Notes under the pieces: generated by a model | Told to the model about the DNA's origin: nothing | The model's input: the letters and a program-made list of their open reading frames with translations, nothing else | Database searches by the model: none | Shown here: in pieces, positions 50,038 to 60,639 of the stretch | Layout: every line of letters begins with the position of its first letter | Position numbering within the stretch: the stretch's first letter is position 1 | Made by a program: the position numbers and the translations under genes | DNA from: Macrostomum lignano | Lineage: Eukaryota | Assembly (NCBI GenBank): GCA_002269645.1 | Contig: NIVC01000646.1 | Location: 62,001 to 126,000, forward strand | Reading direction: 5' to 3' | Length of the DNA: 64,000 bases

Positions 50038-51065
50038 AGATATACTTGAAATTGCTAAGGTCAAGGAGTAAAATTCTTGTTTTTTTTACTAGGCCCCCTA
50101 GCCTAGCCTAGGCCTATGCCTACCCTACTAAGCCTAGGCTTACAATTTTTTTAGAATAGAATTTAGAAAAGGCTTGGGGTGGGGTGGGGCCTAGGCCCCA
50201 GTGGCATTTGTATAGGCCTACTAATAGTTTTTTAGGATCATTGTATATCCACAAAAATCAACAAATTTTTAATATCCACTCATTCTCCACGTCATTGTAT
50301 ATCCACAATTTTTTTACTTTTTGTGGATATAGATACGGATACGGATATGGCGGAACTTTATATGCTATAGTTTATGTCGATCTAAAAACGCTCTGTAATT
50401 TTTGTATAGTGCAATATGGGAGAAACAATTGTCCATGAAGCCCAGATACATGGTAATTTATCATTTCCTAAGAAATCGCCAAAGCGTGAAAACTAGCAAG
50501 GCCCAACTGCTATGATAAACAAATTCATTTAAAAATAGACTCATTGAACGTTATCGAAAAAAATTGTTTTCTATACAATAAATTAAAGTTACAGAAAAAA
50601 TGAATTTTTTTAAAAAACATTTCAAGAGAATATTTAGGATTGGGCAAACCGTAAATTGGAGAAGGCATTGGATCCTTAGTCGCCCTGGGATAAGGAGAAT
50701 TAGGAGCAACAAAGAGAGTAAGAAGAAAGAAGGGGACAACAGGATATCTAAATTAATAAATTATAACAAGTCGTACTGCGTCCTGCTTTCTTGTGTAAAT
50801 CAAGGAGCACGGACTACTTAAGTAGTCCGTGTCAAGGAGGCATTGAAACCAAAAAGTGACGTGTACAGAATTCTTAAGCGCGAATTTGTCGACTAGACAA
50901 CACACAATTAAGCTGACGGATGGAACCTGCAAAAAATGTGAATTAAGTCGGCATTCCTCACTGAAATCATGAGTTATTTTAGACTTGATTTTGGCTCTAT
51001 TTGTCTTTTGTCCTACAGCTAGTGAAACACCAATCAATCATATCCAGCTTTTGACGGGGCCGTCC

Positions 51066-51152
51066 TGCGGAGCCGAGACCTGGACGCTGACGGACTCGGT
51101 TGCAATGCAAGTTGACGCGGCGTTCGCTGGCCTGCTAGCGGCGCTTCGCCTT
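51066..51152 (+). mobile_element. short diverged RTE-like RT fragment
   Basis: CGAETWTLTDSVAMQVDAAFAGLLAALR is homologous to YNAETWTLTATLERQLDSAHSGLLRAAF of the element at 51.8-53.0 kb. Confidence 0.6.
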
Positions 51153-51544
51153 AAAAATCGGTGACGAGCGCGAGTTAACCTATACTCAGCTGTGCTCTCC
51201 TGTAACTATATACATTTTAAATGTATAATGTATATATATGTACTCGTACATGTACATGCACATGTACGAGGGATCCACATGTACGAGGGTACATGTACAT
51301 GCACGTTAAGGCTTTGGATTATATAAACGTAAGCTGCATGTTTTTAGTTGGTTCTCATTTTCTTTTTTTCTTTTTAGGTGAGCTGTGGCTAATCCAGCTA
51401 TGAAGCCAAACAGTATAATTAACAGTCCCTCAAGTTTAATTAAGTGATAATTTTTGGTAGCCAAGCTTCAAATTCGATGTCTCAGAAAGTTATGCTGCGG
51501 TTGGTTTTCCACGGCACGAAGACACGTCAAAGTATTTCATGTCT

Positions 51545-51796
51545 TCATAGCCGCAGTAGGTAACTCAATCTCAAGTAGTTCTCAGTGCTGTTCTCCGTGC
51601 TTGCTGTATCAGTTATGCAATAGCCCTCATTAGGAAATGTGAATTTTATTGTCCTCAACATCCTTTGAGCAGCAGTCCTTCTTTCTGATGAAAATGAGGG
51701 AGCCAAAGTGCTCCGGCTTTCTGGAATGGTGGCGAATGTTTCTGGGTTTGAGTCGGTGGTCTGTCGGCAGATGTCGCTTCCAGCTCCTTTTTCTGG
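51545..51796 (-). CDS. tentative 3' part of the exon interrupted by the RTE insertion (unknown protein)
   Basis: After removing the insertion and one TSD copy, the frame from 53028 continues for about 80 codons (GAGSDICRQTTDSNPETF...) to TGA at 51547-51545. Confidence 0.4.
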   Translation of the reverse strand, partial: PEKGAGSDICRQTTDSNPETFATIPESRSTLAPSFSSERRTAAQRMLRTIKFTFPNEGYCITDTASTENSTENYLRLSYLLRL

Positions 51797-52999
51797 TCAT
51801 TTCAGCATTTCATCATTTCATCATTTCATCATTTCATCAATGGTCACGCTGATCATTGTCTTCGTTGACTTTCGAAAGGCGTTCGACTCGGTGTTGAGAG
51901 CCGCGCTTCCCTTTGTCCTTCGAGCCTACCGGGGACCCCAGCAGCTAATAGACGCAGTCATGGCGCTGTATTGCGATACTCGAGCTGCTGTGGTGACGGC
52001 GGACGGCCTGTCTGACCTGTTCGATACTTCATCAGGAGTTCTGCAGGGCGACACGCTAGCGCCGTTCCTCTTCGTGCTGCTGCTGGACTGGGTGCTTCGG
52101 ACCGCTCTCCCCTCGGCTTACGACGGCTTCCTGCTGCGCAGACGCATCGGTCGACGCCACGGCGAAAAGCGCCTAAGCGTGCTTGGCTACGCCGACGACC
52201 TCGCCCTCCTGTCCTCGTCCGTTGAAGGCGCCCAGCGCCAGATCGACAGGCTGGTCGAGGCGGCATCGAGCGTCGGTCTGATTGTCGACACGCTGAAGAC
52301 CGAGGTGCTGACTGTGCCGGCCGACATCCCAGCGGACCTGACGTGCCGCGGCGCAGACGGGCAGACGACCAGGCTCGCACGCTGCCAGCGGTTCACCTAC
52401 CTCGGCGGTCTGGTGCCCCACGTGGAAGAGGACCTCCGACGGCGCAGAGGACTTGCCTGGGCGGCCTTTCGTTCGATCCGAGCCGTCCTCCAGTCCGAAG
52501 CGCTGCCCGACCGCCAGAGGGCTCGGCTGTGGCAGGCGGTGGTCGAAACCGTCCTGCTATACAACGCCGAGACGTGGACACTGACGGCTACGCTGGAGCG
52601 GCAGCTGGACTCGGCGCACTCAGGGCTGCTCCGTGCGGCCTTTCGAGCTGACGAGAGCGTCGGGACCGAGGCCCTGTACGATCGGGCCAAGCTGCAGCGC
52701 CCGTCCATCAGTCTGCGCCGGCGGCGACTTCAACTGGCGGGCCACGTGATCCGGGCCGAGGGCTACTGCCCCCCAACCTGTTCAGGACGTCCTGCTGCTT
52801 ATCTTGCGGGGTCCGTTCAGGCGGGGTCAGGCCCGAACCCGTCGATACGTGGACTGCCTGCTGTACGACGCTGGGGCGCCCGACACTGCCAACAGAGCAG
52901 ACTTTGTTCGCTCCCAGGCTCTGCGGCGCGCCATCTGACGCGCCCTGCTCTAACTGTGACTGTGCATGCGGGGTCGCGTATTTTGTTGTTGTTGTTGTT
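51797..52999 (+). mobile_element. 5'-truncated RTE-type LINE (RT domain to 3' end) with a (TTG)n tail and a candidate 9-bp TSD
   Basis: Motifs FVDFRKAFDSV, GVLQGDTLAPFLF and LGYADDLALL. A frameshift in a C-run near 52770 is followed by an alternate frame ending at TGA 52936-52938. TTG tail at 52981-52999. TTTTTCTGG occurs at both 51788-51796 and 53000-53008. Confidence 0.88.
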
Positions 53000-53028
53000 T
53001 TTTTCTGGACAGGTGAGCTTGGCCTTAC
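53000..53028 (-). CDS. tentative 5' part of the interrupted exon (unknown protein)
   Basis: Acceptor TTTCAG|GT AAG GCC AAG CTC ACC TGT CCA GAA AAA is phase-compatible with the donor at 53140. Confidence 0.4.
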
Positions 53029-53140
53029 CTGAAATTTATTGAAAGAGCAGCTCAATGTACTGAAGAGATGTTAAAACTGGACCAGATGTTGCTCTAATTG
53101 GTCAATTATAAGGGACTCAACCCAACCAAAACTGACTCAC

Positions 53141-53429
53141 GAGAGCAGAAGATGCCGCCTACGGGCCGAGAGCCGGTCTCACACAGGTCGCACTCTGTCA
53201 TGTCGGTCTCAAGCGCGAGAGCAAAGTTCAATTCGCACTTTTTGCACTCCATCGCTCCCAGAGTCCGAATAAGTTCCTGGCGGGCACTCGCTGCATTTCT
53301 CCTTGCCAAAACCTTTGCTGGAGTTGATGAAGCTGCCAGGTTGGCAATTTGGTGGCGATCAGCTCTGCCGGGAAGTCTGCCGCAGCTGGCGGCGGAAAGT
53401 ATTGCGAATGGACAAAGTAAAGCCTGCAT
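53141..53429 (-). CDS. tentative exon of an unknown protein with a CxxC...CxxC motif
   Basis: Open frame MQALL...MECKKCELNFALALETDMTECDLCETG...IFCS, ending at a consensus donor C|GTGAGT. The start is uncertain (ATG 53429 or 53252). Confidence 0.45.
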
Positions 53430-53926
53430 TCTCAGCACAGAAATTGAGCAAATTATGGCACTGCTCGGTTGCAAAAAGCAGAAAATGTCTTTGAAATAAA
53501 TCTAAATTTGCTGTTTTGCCTCTGCATGCTTTGGGTAAAGTTTTTTTGACATTTGCATGCCCCTCATTTCTGCAGGAAAGATATTTCTGGGTTAACTCAA
53601 TCAGCAGGAATGCCAGGCCGTTTTCCTCCCGGTGGCACAACCAAAATAGGGGGAGTATAATGGGGATAACTCCTCAAATTCCGTACAGGAAAAGACAAAC
53701 AAAAATCAAGTTATCAGTTCGAGAGATCGACGAGATATTCAACGATAATACCAAGTCGGATTTTTCCCATAAGTGCTTCCCATAAGGGCTTTACGCGCAG
53801 CACCAGGGGGCGCTAGCACCAAGGGGGCAACTACCGAAGCTACTGGAAGGGGATACCCTAGATTTTTCCCTTGGTAGACAATCTGTGTGCAAATAATCAA
53901 GCCACAGTAACTCTACATTTGATAGC

Positions 53927-53998
53927 GGTCCCATGGTGTAGCGGTTAGCACTCAGGACTCTGAATCCTGCGACCCGAGTTCGAATCTCGGTGGGACCT
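53927..53998 (+). tRNA. tRNA-Gln (anticodon CTG)
   Basis: 72-nt cloverleaf with acceptor stem GGTCCCA/TGGGACC, anticodon arm CAGGA-CTCTGAA-TCCTG and T-loop TTCGAAT. A T-run Pol III terminator follows immediately. Confidence 0.97.
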
Positions 53999-54727
53999 TC
54001 TTTTTTAAATAAAAACAATTTTTCTCTACTGCTGCTTTCTTCAGCCGGTAAGGATAACGCCAATTTGTGCAGAATAATATAATTGTTGTTTAATATTGCA
54101 GTATGCAATAATTGCTAATCGTTGATGGCATTACCTTAACAGTGTATACACGCTTCACTTAGAACTGTCCGATATGTATCGAAAAGATTAATTTAATAGC
54201 AGGAAAGACATCTATATTTATTACTGGAATAAAAATAGGCATAAAAATGATTGCCACTTCACTTTAAGTAGTTAATGTAGTATATTTGTAAAAAATAAGT
54301 ACAAAATAGTAAAACAACAAACTGGAATTAAGTTTGCATGAGAAAGTTTTTATCTTTTTGTTACTCCTTATAGTGAGAATATGAAATTTTGACCTCTATA
54401 AAACTGGACTAAATAAATGAAAGAGCATAGACAATCACAGGCAACATTCTTGTTTAAGTGAAAGAAAGTAAAAAGCTGCAATCATGCTGCTCGTATAATC
54501 ATATGATATTATTTTCTGACCAATAGATGGCACAGTAAAGCCCAGTACATCGATGTCTTCAGCCAAAATAATTAAGAGAAATCCTCACAGAATAGTTGTT
54601 TTAATGATATTAATTTTTATTGATTAGAAATAATAAAAAGTTACAATGGAAATGGGTACAAAGAAGAGCTTAAAAAATAATAGGGGAACGGATGGGGAGA
54701 CAATATTTGGGATTCTAAGGGGAAGAA

Positions 54728-55171
54728 TAAGCGGATAAGGGGGCGGAAGAAGCGTATAAGGGGGCGGAAAAAGCGGATAAGGGGGCGGAAGAAGCGGATA
54801 AGGGGGCGGAAGAAGCGTATAAGGGGGCGGAAGAAGCGGATAAGGGGGCGGAAGAAGCGGATAAGGGGGCGGAAGAAGCGGATAAGGGGGCGGAAAAAGC
54901 GGATAAGGGGGTGGAAGAAGCGGATAAGGGGGCGGAAGAAGCGGATAAGGGGCGGAAGAAGCGGATAAGGGGGCGGAAGAAGCGGATAAGGGGGCGGAGG
55001 AAGCGGATAAGGGGCGGAAGAAGCGGATAAGGGGGCGGAAGAAGCGGATAAGGGGGCGGAAGAAGCGGATAAGGGGGCGGAAGAAGCGGATAAGGGGGCG
55101 GAAGAAGCGGATAAGGGGGCGGAAGAAGCGGATAAGGGGGCGGAAGAAGCGGATAAGGGGGCGGAAGAAGC
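54728..55171. repeat. 21-bp minisatellite (GCGGATAAGGGGGCGGAAGAA), about 21 copies
   Basis: Direct reading. Confidence 0.95.
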
Positions 55172-55234
55172 AGCTAAACGGGCGTCAATGGTGGACCGGT
55201 GCGGTACATTAGATTAGGTTAACTTGTGAAGCAG

Positions 55235-55690
55235 TCAGTCGTGGCTGGGCGCCGCCTGCTCCAGCACGGTGCGCACGAACTTCACGCAGCCTGGGGCCAT
55301 ATAGAATCCGTCCGGTCCGCGCGCCTTCTCCATGCTGCACAGGTAGACGGCGTCCAGCGGTTGTTCGCCAAAATCGACGCCCTCGGAGCCGGCGTAGAGG
55401 CGCGGCGGGATGAGGCGCGAGCCCAGCTGCCGGGACACCGGTCGGGAGGTCTTCAGCAGAGTGACGTGCGGCACGAACTCGTGCGTCTCCAGCACCTGCA
55501 GCCCGGCGGCCCGGATCACCGCCTGCAGGTGGTCGACAAAGTCGGTCAGGCCGGCGGGCGCCGGGTCGACTCGGGCGTGCAGCACCCGGCCGAAGAAGCA
55601 GCCGAGGCCGCGCAGGCGGAGCGGCTCCCGCGGCAGGCTGGCCAGCAGCTCGGAGCGGGCGGCGGACAGGGCAGCGGAGCAGGCGGACAC
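55235..55690 (-). CDS. RWD-MJ1316-2H protein (LENG9-like), exon 3: second half of the 2H phosphoesterase (AKAP7-like)
   Basis: ACCAG|GTG. Contains the second HxT motif (FVPHVTLLK) and FGEQPLDAVYLCSM. TGA at 55237-55235. Confidence 0.88.
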   Translation of the reverse strand: MSACSAALSAARSELLASLPREPLRLRGLGCFFGRVLHARVDPAPAGLTDFVDHLQAVIRAAGLQVLETHEFVPHVTLLKTSRPVSRQLGSRLIPPRLYAGSEGVDFGEQPLDAVYLCSMEKARGPDGFYMAPGCVKFVRTVLEQAAPSHD

Positions 55691-55717
55691 CTGGTTGAAT
55701 GATTGAGTGACAGTGTA

Positions 55718-55738
55718 GACAGACAGATAGAGGGACAC

Positions 55739-55816
<78 letters not shown>

Positions 55817-55846
55817 GGACAGACAGACACAGACAGACAGACACTA

Positions 55847-55890
<44 letters not shown>

Positions 55891-55978
55891 GGACAGACAG
55901 ACAGACAGACGGACAGACAGACAGACACTAAGACAGACAGACACTAAGACAGACAGACAGACACTAAGACAGACAGAC

Positions 55979-56025
<47 letters not shown>

Positions 56026-56032
56026 CAGACAC

Positions 56033-56067
<35 letters not shown>

Positions 56068-56068
56068 G
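55718..56068. repeat. (AGAC)n microsatellite filling almost the whole intron
   Basis: Direct reading. Confidence 0.97.
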
Positions 56069-56077
56069 CATCCTCAC

Positions 56078-57123
56078 CTGCTCTGCGGAGTCCAGTCGCA
56101 GGGTGGCCAGGGTGCAGTGCAGCATCTCCGGCGGGATGCAGCAGGAGGCGAAGGCGGGCTGCTGCCGGACGATGCTGGCCTGCACGGCGGCAGCGGCGGA
56201 GGCGACGGCCGGATCGACAACCCGGACGCAGACAAAGAAATTTGGGCGCAGCAGGTCGCGCCAGTAGACCTTGGCGGTGCCGGAAAGTTGGGCCTGGTCC
56301 TCGCCTTCGCTCAGACTGTCGCCGTCATCGCCGCACCGCTGAGCTGCGGACTCGACGACGCGCCGGTCGAGCCGCACCTGGACGCCGTCGTCGTCAGATT
56401 CATCAGATTGGTCGGATTCGTCAGCCTCCGAGTTTGAGGACGACGCGGCCGAGGCCATGGACGCCTCGCCGTCCGGATAGTCCTCGTCCCGGTAGTTGGC
56501 GATGAGCTTGTAGATGTCGGCGCCTTCAGCGACATCGTCGGCAGTGGCCGTGGAGCCGAACACCAGGTCAAGCCGGCGCCGCTTGTCCCAGATGACCGCG
56601 CGCCTGTACTTGAAGTAGCAAATCCGGTGCCGGGGGATCACGAACGTGTAATAGTCGACGCTGGCAATGTCCTCCCAGCTGAATTCGTCGAATTGTTTTT
56701 CAACTACGCCTTTGAACCTGTCCAGATAGCCGATGAAGATGTCCTGGGCCGGAATGCCCTCGTCCCATTGGATTCGCTTCAAGACATCGTCGGCGGTTTT
56801 CATTGGCTTCAGTTTGGCCTTAAAACTGGCCGCCTGCTTGGACTCGTCGGCTGCGGCGGCCGCGGCGGCTCGCCGGCGTCGCTTGGTGCGGGCGGACTCG
56901 TAGCGACGCTGGCGGGACGGCGGGGCGGCCGCCTGCTTGCTGTTGGAGACTTCCGCGGCTTCATTCACAGCTGACAGAGCAGCAGTTCCCGCAGGGAAGG
57001 CGGCAGCGGCCAGCTGTTGCAGCATGGCTCGGCCGCGCAGCGAGTTGGCCAGTGTGGCCAGTTCAGCTTCCGTAGCTGGGGCGGAGCGGACCGACACGCA
57101 GGGCGGCTCCAACGGGTATTGGT
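56078..57123 (-). CDS. RWD-MJ1316-2H protein (LENG9-like), exon 2: RWD C-terminal half, MJ1316 domain, first half of 2H
   Basis: QYPLEPPCVSVRS (RWD YPxxxP); MKTADDVLKRIQWD..IGYLDRFKG..IPRHRICYFKY...IWDKRRRLDLVFGS (MJ1316/DUF504); RPNFFVCVRV...LHCTLATL (first HxT). Donor CAG|GTGAGG. An alternative in-frame acceptor lies at 57153. Confidence 0.88.
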
Positions 57124-57261
57124 CTGCCGTGTTGGTGCGATGGAATCGAATCTCTAAATAATTTAGCTTTTACATGTGCGCTACATACTACTTACTGTAC
57201 TACCAACCACTGCTTATGCTTGTATCAACATGACAGTCGCTCAGGCAGGGAAGAATTTAGT

Positions 57262-57552
57262 GCAGGGTTTAGGAATTAAGGTTTAGTGTAGGGTTTAGGA
57301 ATTAGGGTTTAGTGTAGGGTTTAGAAATTAAGGTTTAGTGTAGGGTTTAGTGTAGGGTTTAGGAATTAAGGTTTAGTGCTGGGTTTAGGAATTAGGGTTT
57401 AGTGTAGGGTTTAGAAATTAAGGTTTAGTGTAGGGTTTAGGAATTAAGGTTTAGTGCAGGGTTAGGAATTAAGGTTTAGTGCAGGGTTTAGGAATTAAGC
57501 TTTAGTGTAGGGTTTAGGAATTAAGGTTTAGTGCAGGGTTTAGGAATTAAGG
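57262..57552. repeat. 26-bp telomere-like minisatellite (AGGGTTTAGGAATTAAGGTTTAGTGT), intronic
   Basis: Direct reading. Confidence 0.9.
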
Positions 57553-57831
57553 TATAAGGTACATATAGGCCCTGGTAAGGGTGTAGGTTACTCGTAATTT
57601 AGAATTACGTTCGGCAGTCAATTGTCGTAGCGACAGTTCAGAGTTTTTTAAATTACAATTACGCTCGTAGCATGACAAAAGAAGTGGAAGGGAATCCCGA
57701 TCTCGAAATCTCTGTATTTCTCAGCCTAAATTTGGAACCCCTAATTCCACCATCATGAAAAAATCTTTAACCCATCTGAACCTATTATTATGGCACCAAT
57801 TAACACCAGTATACAATATTTCATATCTCAC

Positions 57832-58009
57832 CAGTCAGTTGCAATTTAACGGCCAGCTGCGGTGACCGGTCGCAGGCCAGGCTGACTACAAACTGGAATG
57901 AGCCGACATTATCAATCACTCGACAACGGACGCCAAGCTGTTCGGTAATTGCGCTAATCTCGTCTAGCACCTGCTGCTTTGTGTGGGGCTCGAAAGATGA
58001 TAATGACAT
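57832..58009 (-). CDS. RWD-MJ1316-2H protein, exon 1 (RWD N-terminal half)
   Basis: ATG at 58009. Encodes MSLSSFEPHTKQQVLDEISAITEQLGVRCRVID...LAVKLQLT, with a phase-1 donor G|GTGAGA compatible with exon 2. Confidence 0.7.
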
Positions 58010-58749
58010 GACTGGAAGTATTGCAAGAATTCTTAGAATATGGCAGAACAAAATCAAACGCGAATTTCTTTTAATGCCTCTCTAACCTTAGCAGTCTTGT
58101 CACTTGCGCCCGCTCACTGCATTTAAATAGGCCATGCAAGGCGGAATCTATTTTTAGCAACAAGCGTCATGTGTGTTGCAATCCGGCCGGAGGGCTGGGG
58201 AATCCCTCTCTCCGCTAGTCTATTTTTAGCACAGCGTTGGCATTACTAATGCAAGCAAGCAATTTAATCGAACTAATCCATTTTAACTTTCAAAGCTATG
58301 TACACTACAGACAAAATGACACTCTTGAAGATTAGCACGTTGTCACACTTTTTTACGTCTACATGTATGCGTAGTTCGGTGAAGTATCATACTGATGCCA
58401 TTTAGTCGTCACAACAACAACGTTTAAATACAAAGATAAATTGAGATTTCTCAAAACATTAACAAATCCCACTGAGAATTTATAAATTTACTACACCTAA
58501 TATTATTCCCAGACTTCCATATTTTAGAATCTTTCTAAATAGAATCTTTCAGAGTTTTTTTAAAATGCAATCCATATACCTGTGCCATCAGAAAAGCTAT
58601 TAGTCAAAAGCTAAAGTAGCTTGCATTTTTGCTTGTGTAAAGAGCGTTGTTAGCCTTGCATATAATGCGAGCATGCATAAATAGCATGGAGTCTTTTTTG
58701 AAGCAGTCGATTTTCCGCAGTCCACAGTCATATTTTCTGCAGTAATTTT

Positions 58750-58975
58750 ATCCACAGTCAAATTGCCCCCAGTGAAATTGTCCACAGTCAAATTGCCCCC
58801 CAGTGACATTGTCCGCAGTGAAATTGTCCGCAGTCAAATTGCCCCCCAGTGAAATTGTCCGCAGTCAAATTGCCCCCCAGTGAAATTGTCCGCAGTCAAA
58901 TTGCCCCCCCCCCAGTGAAATTGTCCGCAGTCAAATTCCCCCCCCAGTGACATTGTCCACAGTGAAATTGTCAAA
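58750..58975. repeat. ~30-bp minisatellite (CAGTCAAATTGCCCCCAGTGAAATTGTCCG)
   Basis: Direct reading. Confidence 0.88.
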
Positions 58976-59405
58976 TTATCCGCAGTTAAATTGTGGCAGT
59001 CGATTTGCGTGCACCCACAAGAGAAATGCAACGTTTTACAAAACATGGCTAAAAAACAGTAATATCCTATTTCAGTTACTTATAGTAGCAATGGAGACCT
59101 TAAGGTTAATTTCTCAATTCAGAAAAAAACAATGCCAATACCAATAAGATGGCGGCCGGCAGTGTACGAGTACCGTATTTAAAGGTGTATTTGTCATATA
59201 AAATAACAAAATCATGAAATGCGCCCCAGTCCACAGAGTCCAACAGTTCATTCGGGGACATTTACTTTTCTAGGACAGGAGCTCTATTTTATATACAACG
59301 GACAATCGATGATTGGAGACTGCAAGCCATTAATGAGAAAATGGGCTTCAGAAATTAGGGACAAATATAACTGATTCGTCTGCCTCTGATTCTAGTGCAC
59401 AGATT

Positions 59406-59850
59406 CTAGAATGACTAGATGAGCCACTCAGGCATATATACTTAGTGAACTTAGCAAAACAGTTTTCTACTTTCAGTTCAGTAGCAAAGACTACATAAGC
59501 TAATTTTATAAAAAAAGGCAGCTGAACTAACTTTGATAAGTTCAGAAGCCCAACAAAAGCTTGCAGGCGTAAACAGCTTGCTAATTGGTTCAGCAATAAT
59601 GTACATTAGCCAGTCCACTGAAATGTACATGGCAGCTTTAGGCTGGAATTCCGAGAAAGGCAATAAAAATTGGGGTGGGGTGGAAAGGCGCGGCTAGAGG
59701 CCGAAGTTTATGCGGGGGGGGGGGGTGGGTAAGAGCCAATAAATTGAGCCTTGGCTTTAAAAATACATTAAAATGCTTCTGTTTAACTTGCTACTGAACT
59801 GAAAGTAGCTTACATGCAAATGTGCTGAGCGGCCCATCTAGTTATTCAAG
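59406..59850 (-). mobile_element. MITE, about 440 bp; copy 2, inverted relative to 15936-16376
   Basis: Shares long internal blocks with copy 1 (for example the reverse complement of GCTGCCATGTACATTTCAGTGG) and the same TIRs. Confidence 0.78.
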
Positions 59851-60226
59851 TATATATGGTTCAGAATCAGTGTTAACTAATTTTAATTTAGATTCTAATA
59901 AGTTCTTATATCACTAAATTAATTAAAAAGCTGTGTTCCCTTGTTCATAAACAATATTCTGTAAATTTCTTATTCTGATTTAAATTCTATAATTAACTAT
60001 GGGGATTCAGGTAAATCCATGTGAAGGTGTTCATTATTACGTAATTAAATGAGTAGGATTCTACAGACAGAACAGGCAGAAAACTTAGGAATTGCGACTG
60101 TAGAGTCCTTTTACCCGAGTTGTCCAATATGGCACGATATGAACTTCTTGGGGAAGAAACAGACCTCGTCATTCAATAATGTAAGAGCTGATGACGCCAT
60201 TATTTGGCACCAGGCCCTTCAACTGA

Positions 60227-60535
60227 TCACTTGGACTGAACTTTGCGCTGCTCGGTCTGCATGGCCCGACTGTCCTCCCACGGTCGGGGTCCGCGCAGAT
60301 TGTCCCAATTATCGATGTCGCGATTGCCAAGCATGTCGTTCAGCATCTTCGGCGCATCTGGTATCTTCATTGACGCGTCGTAATAAGCGTTGCTTTGCAA
60401 GCTTTTAATTCGATGCAGCCTGTGCCGAGTGTCGGCCATTGACCCCACCATGAAAGCCAGGGCCACCAGGCCTCCTATGAACGGCAGGCCGGGCCGGATT
60501 AAAGAATAAAAACTGCTGCCCTTGCCCGGTATCAT
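60227..60535 (-). CDS. COX16: cytochrome c oxidase assembly protein COX16, 102 aa, single exon
   Basis: N-terminal TM segment (GLPFIGGLVALAFMVGSM) and the diagnostic C-terminal motif DNWDNLRGPRPWED (human DDWKNIRGPRPWED). Confidence 0.88.
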   Translation of the reverse strand: MIPGKGSSFYSLIRPGLPFIGGLVALAFMVGSMADTRHRLHRIKSLQSNAYYDASMKIPDAPKMLNDMLGNRDIDNWDNLRGPRPWEDSRAMQTEQRKVQSK

Positions 60536-60639
60536 TGCTGCTTTCTAAGGAGATTCTTGCAGTCTAGCTGGGTTTGGCAGCAAAACAGCAAAAATTGCAT
60601 TGCACTGCAGACTACTCACAGATACTATAATGCGTTTGC

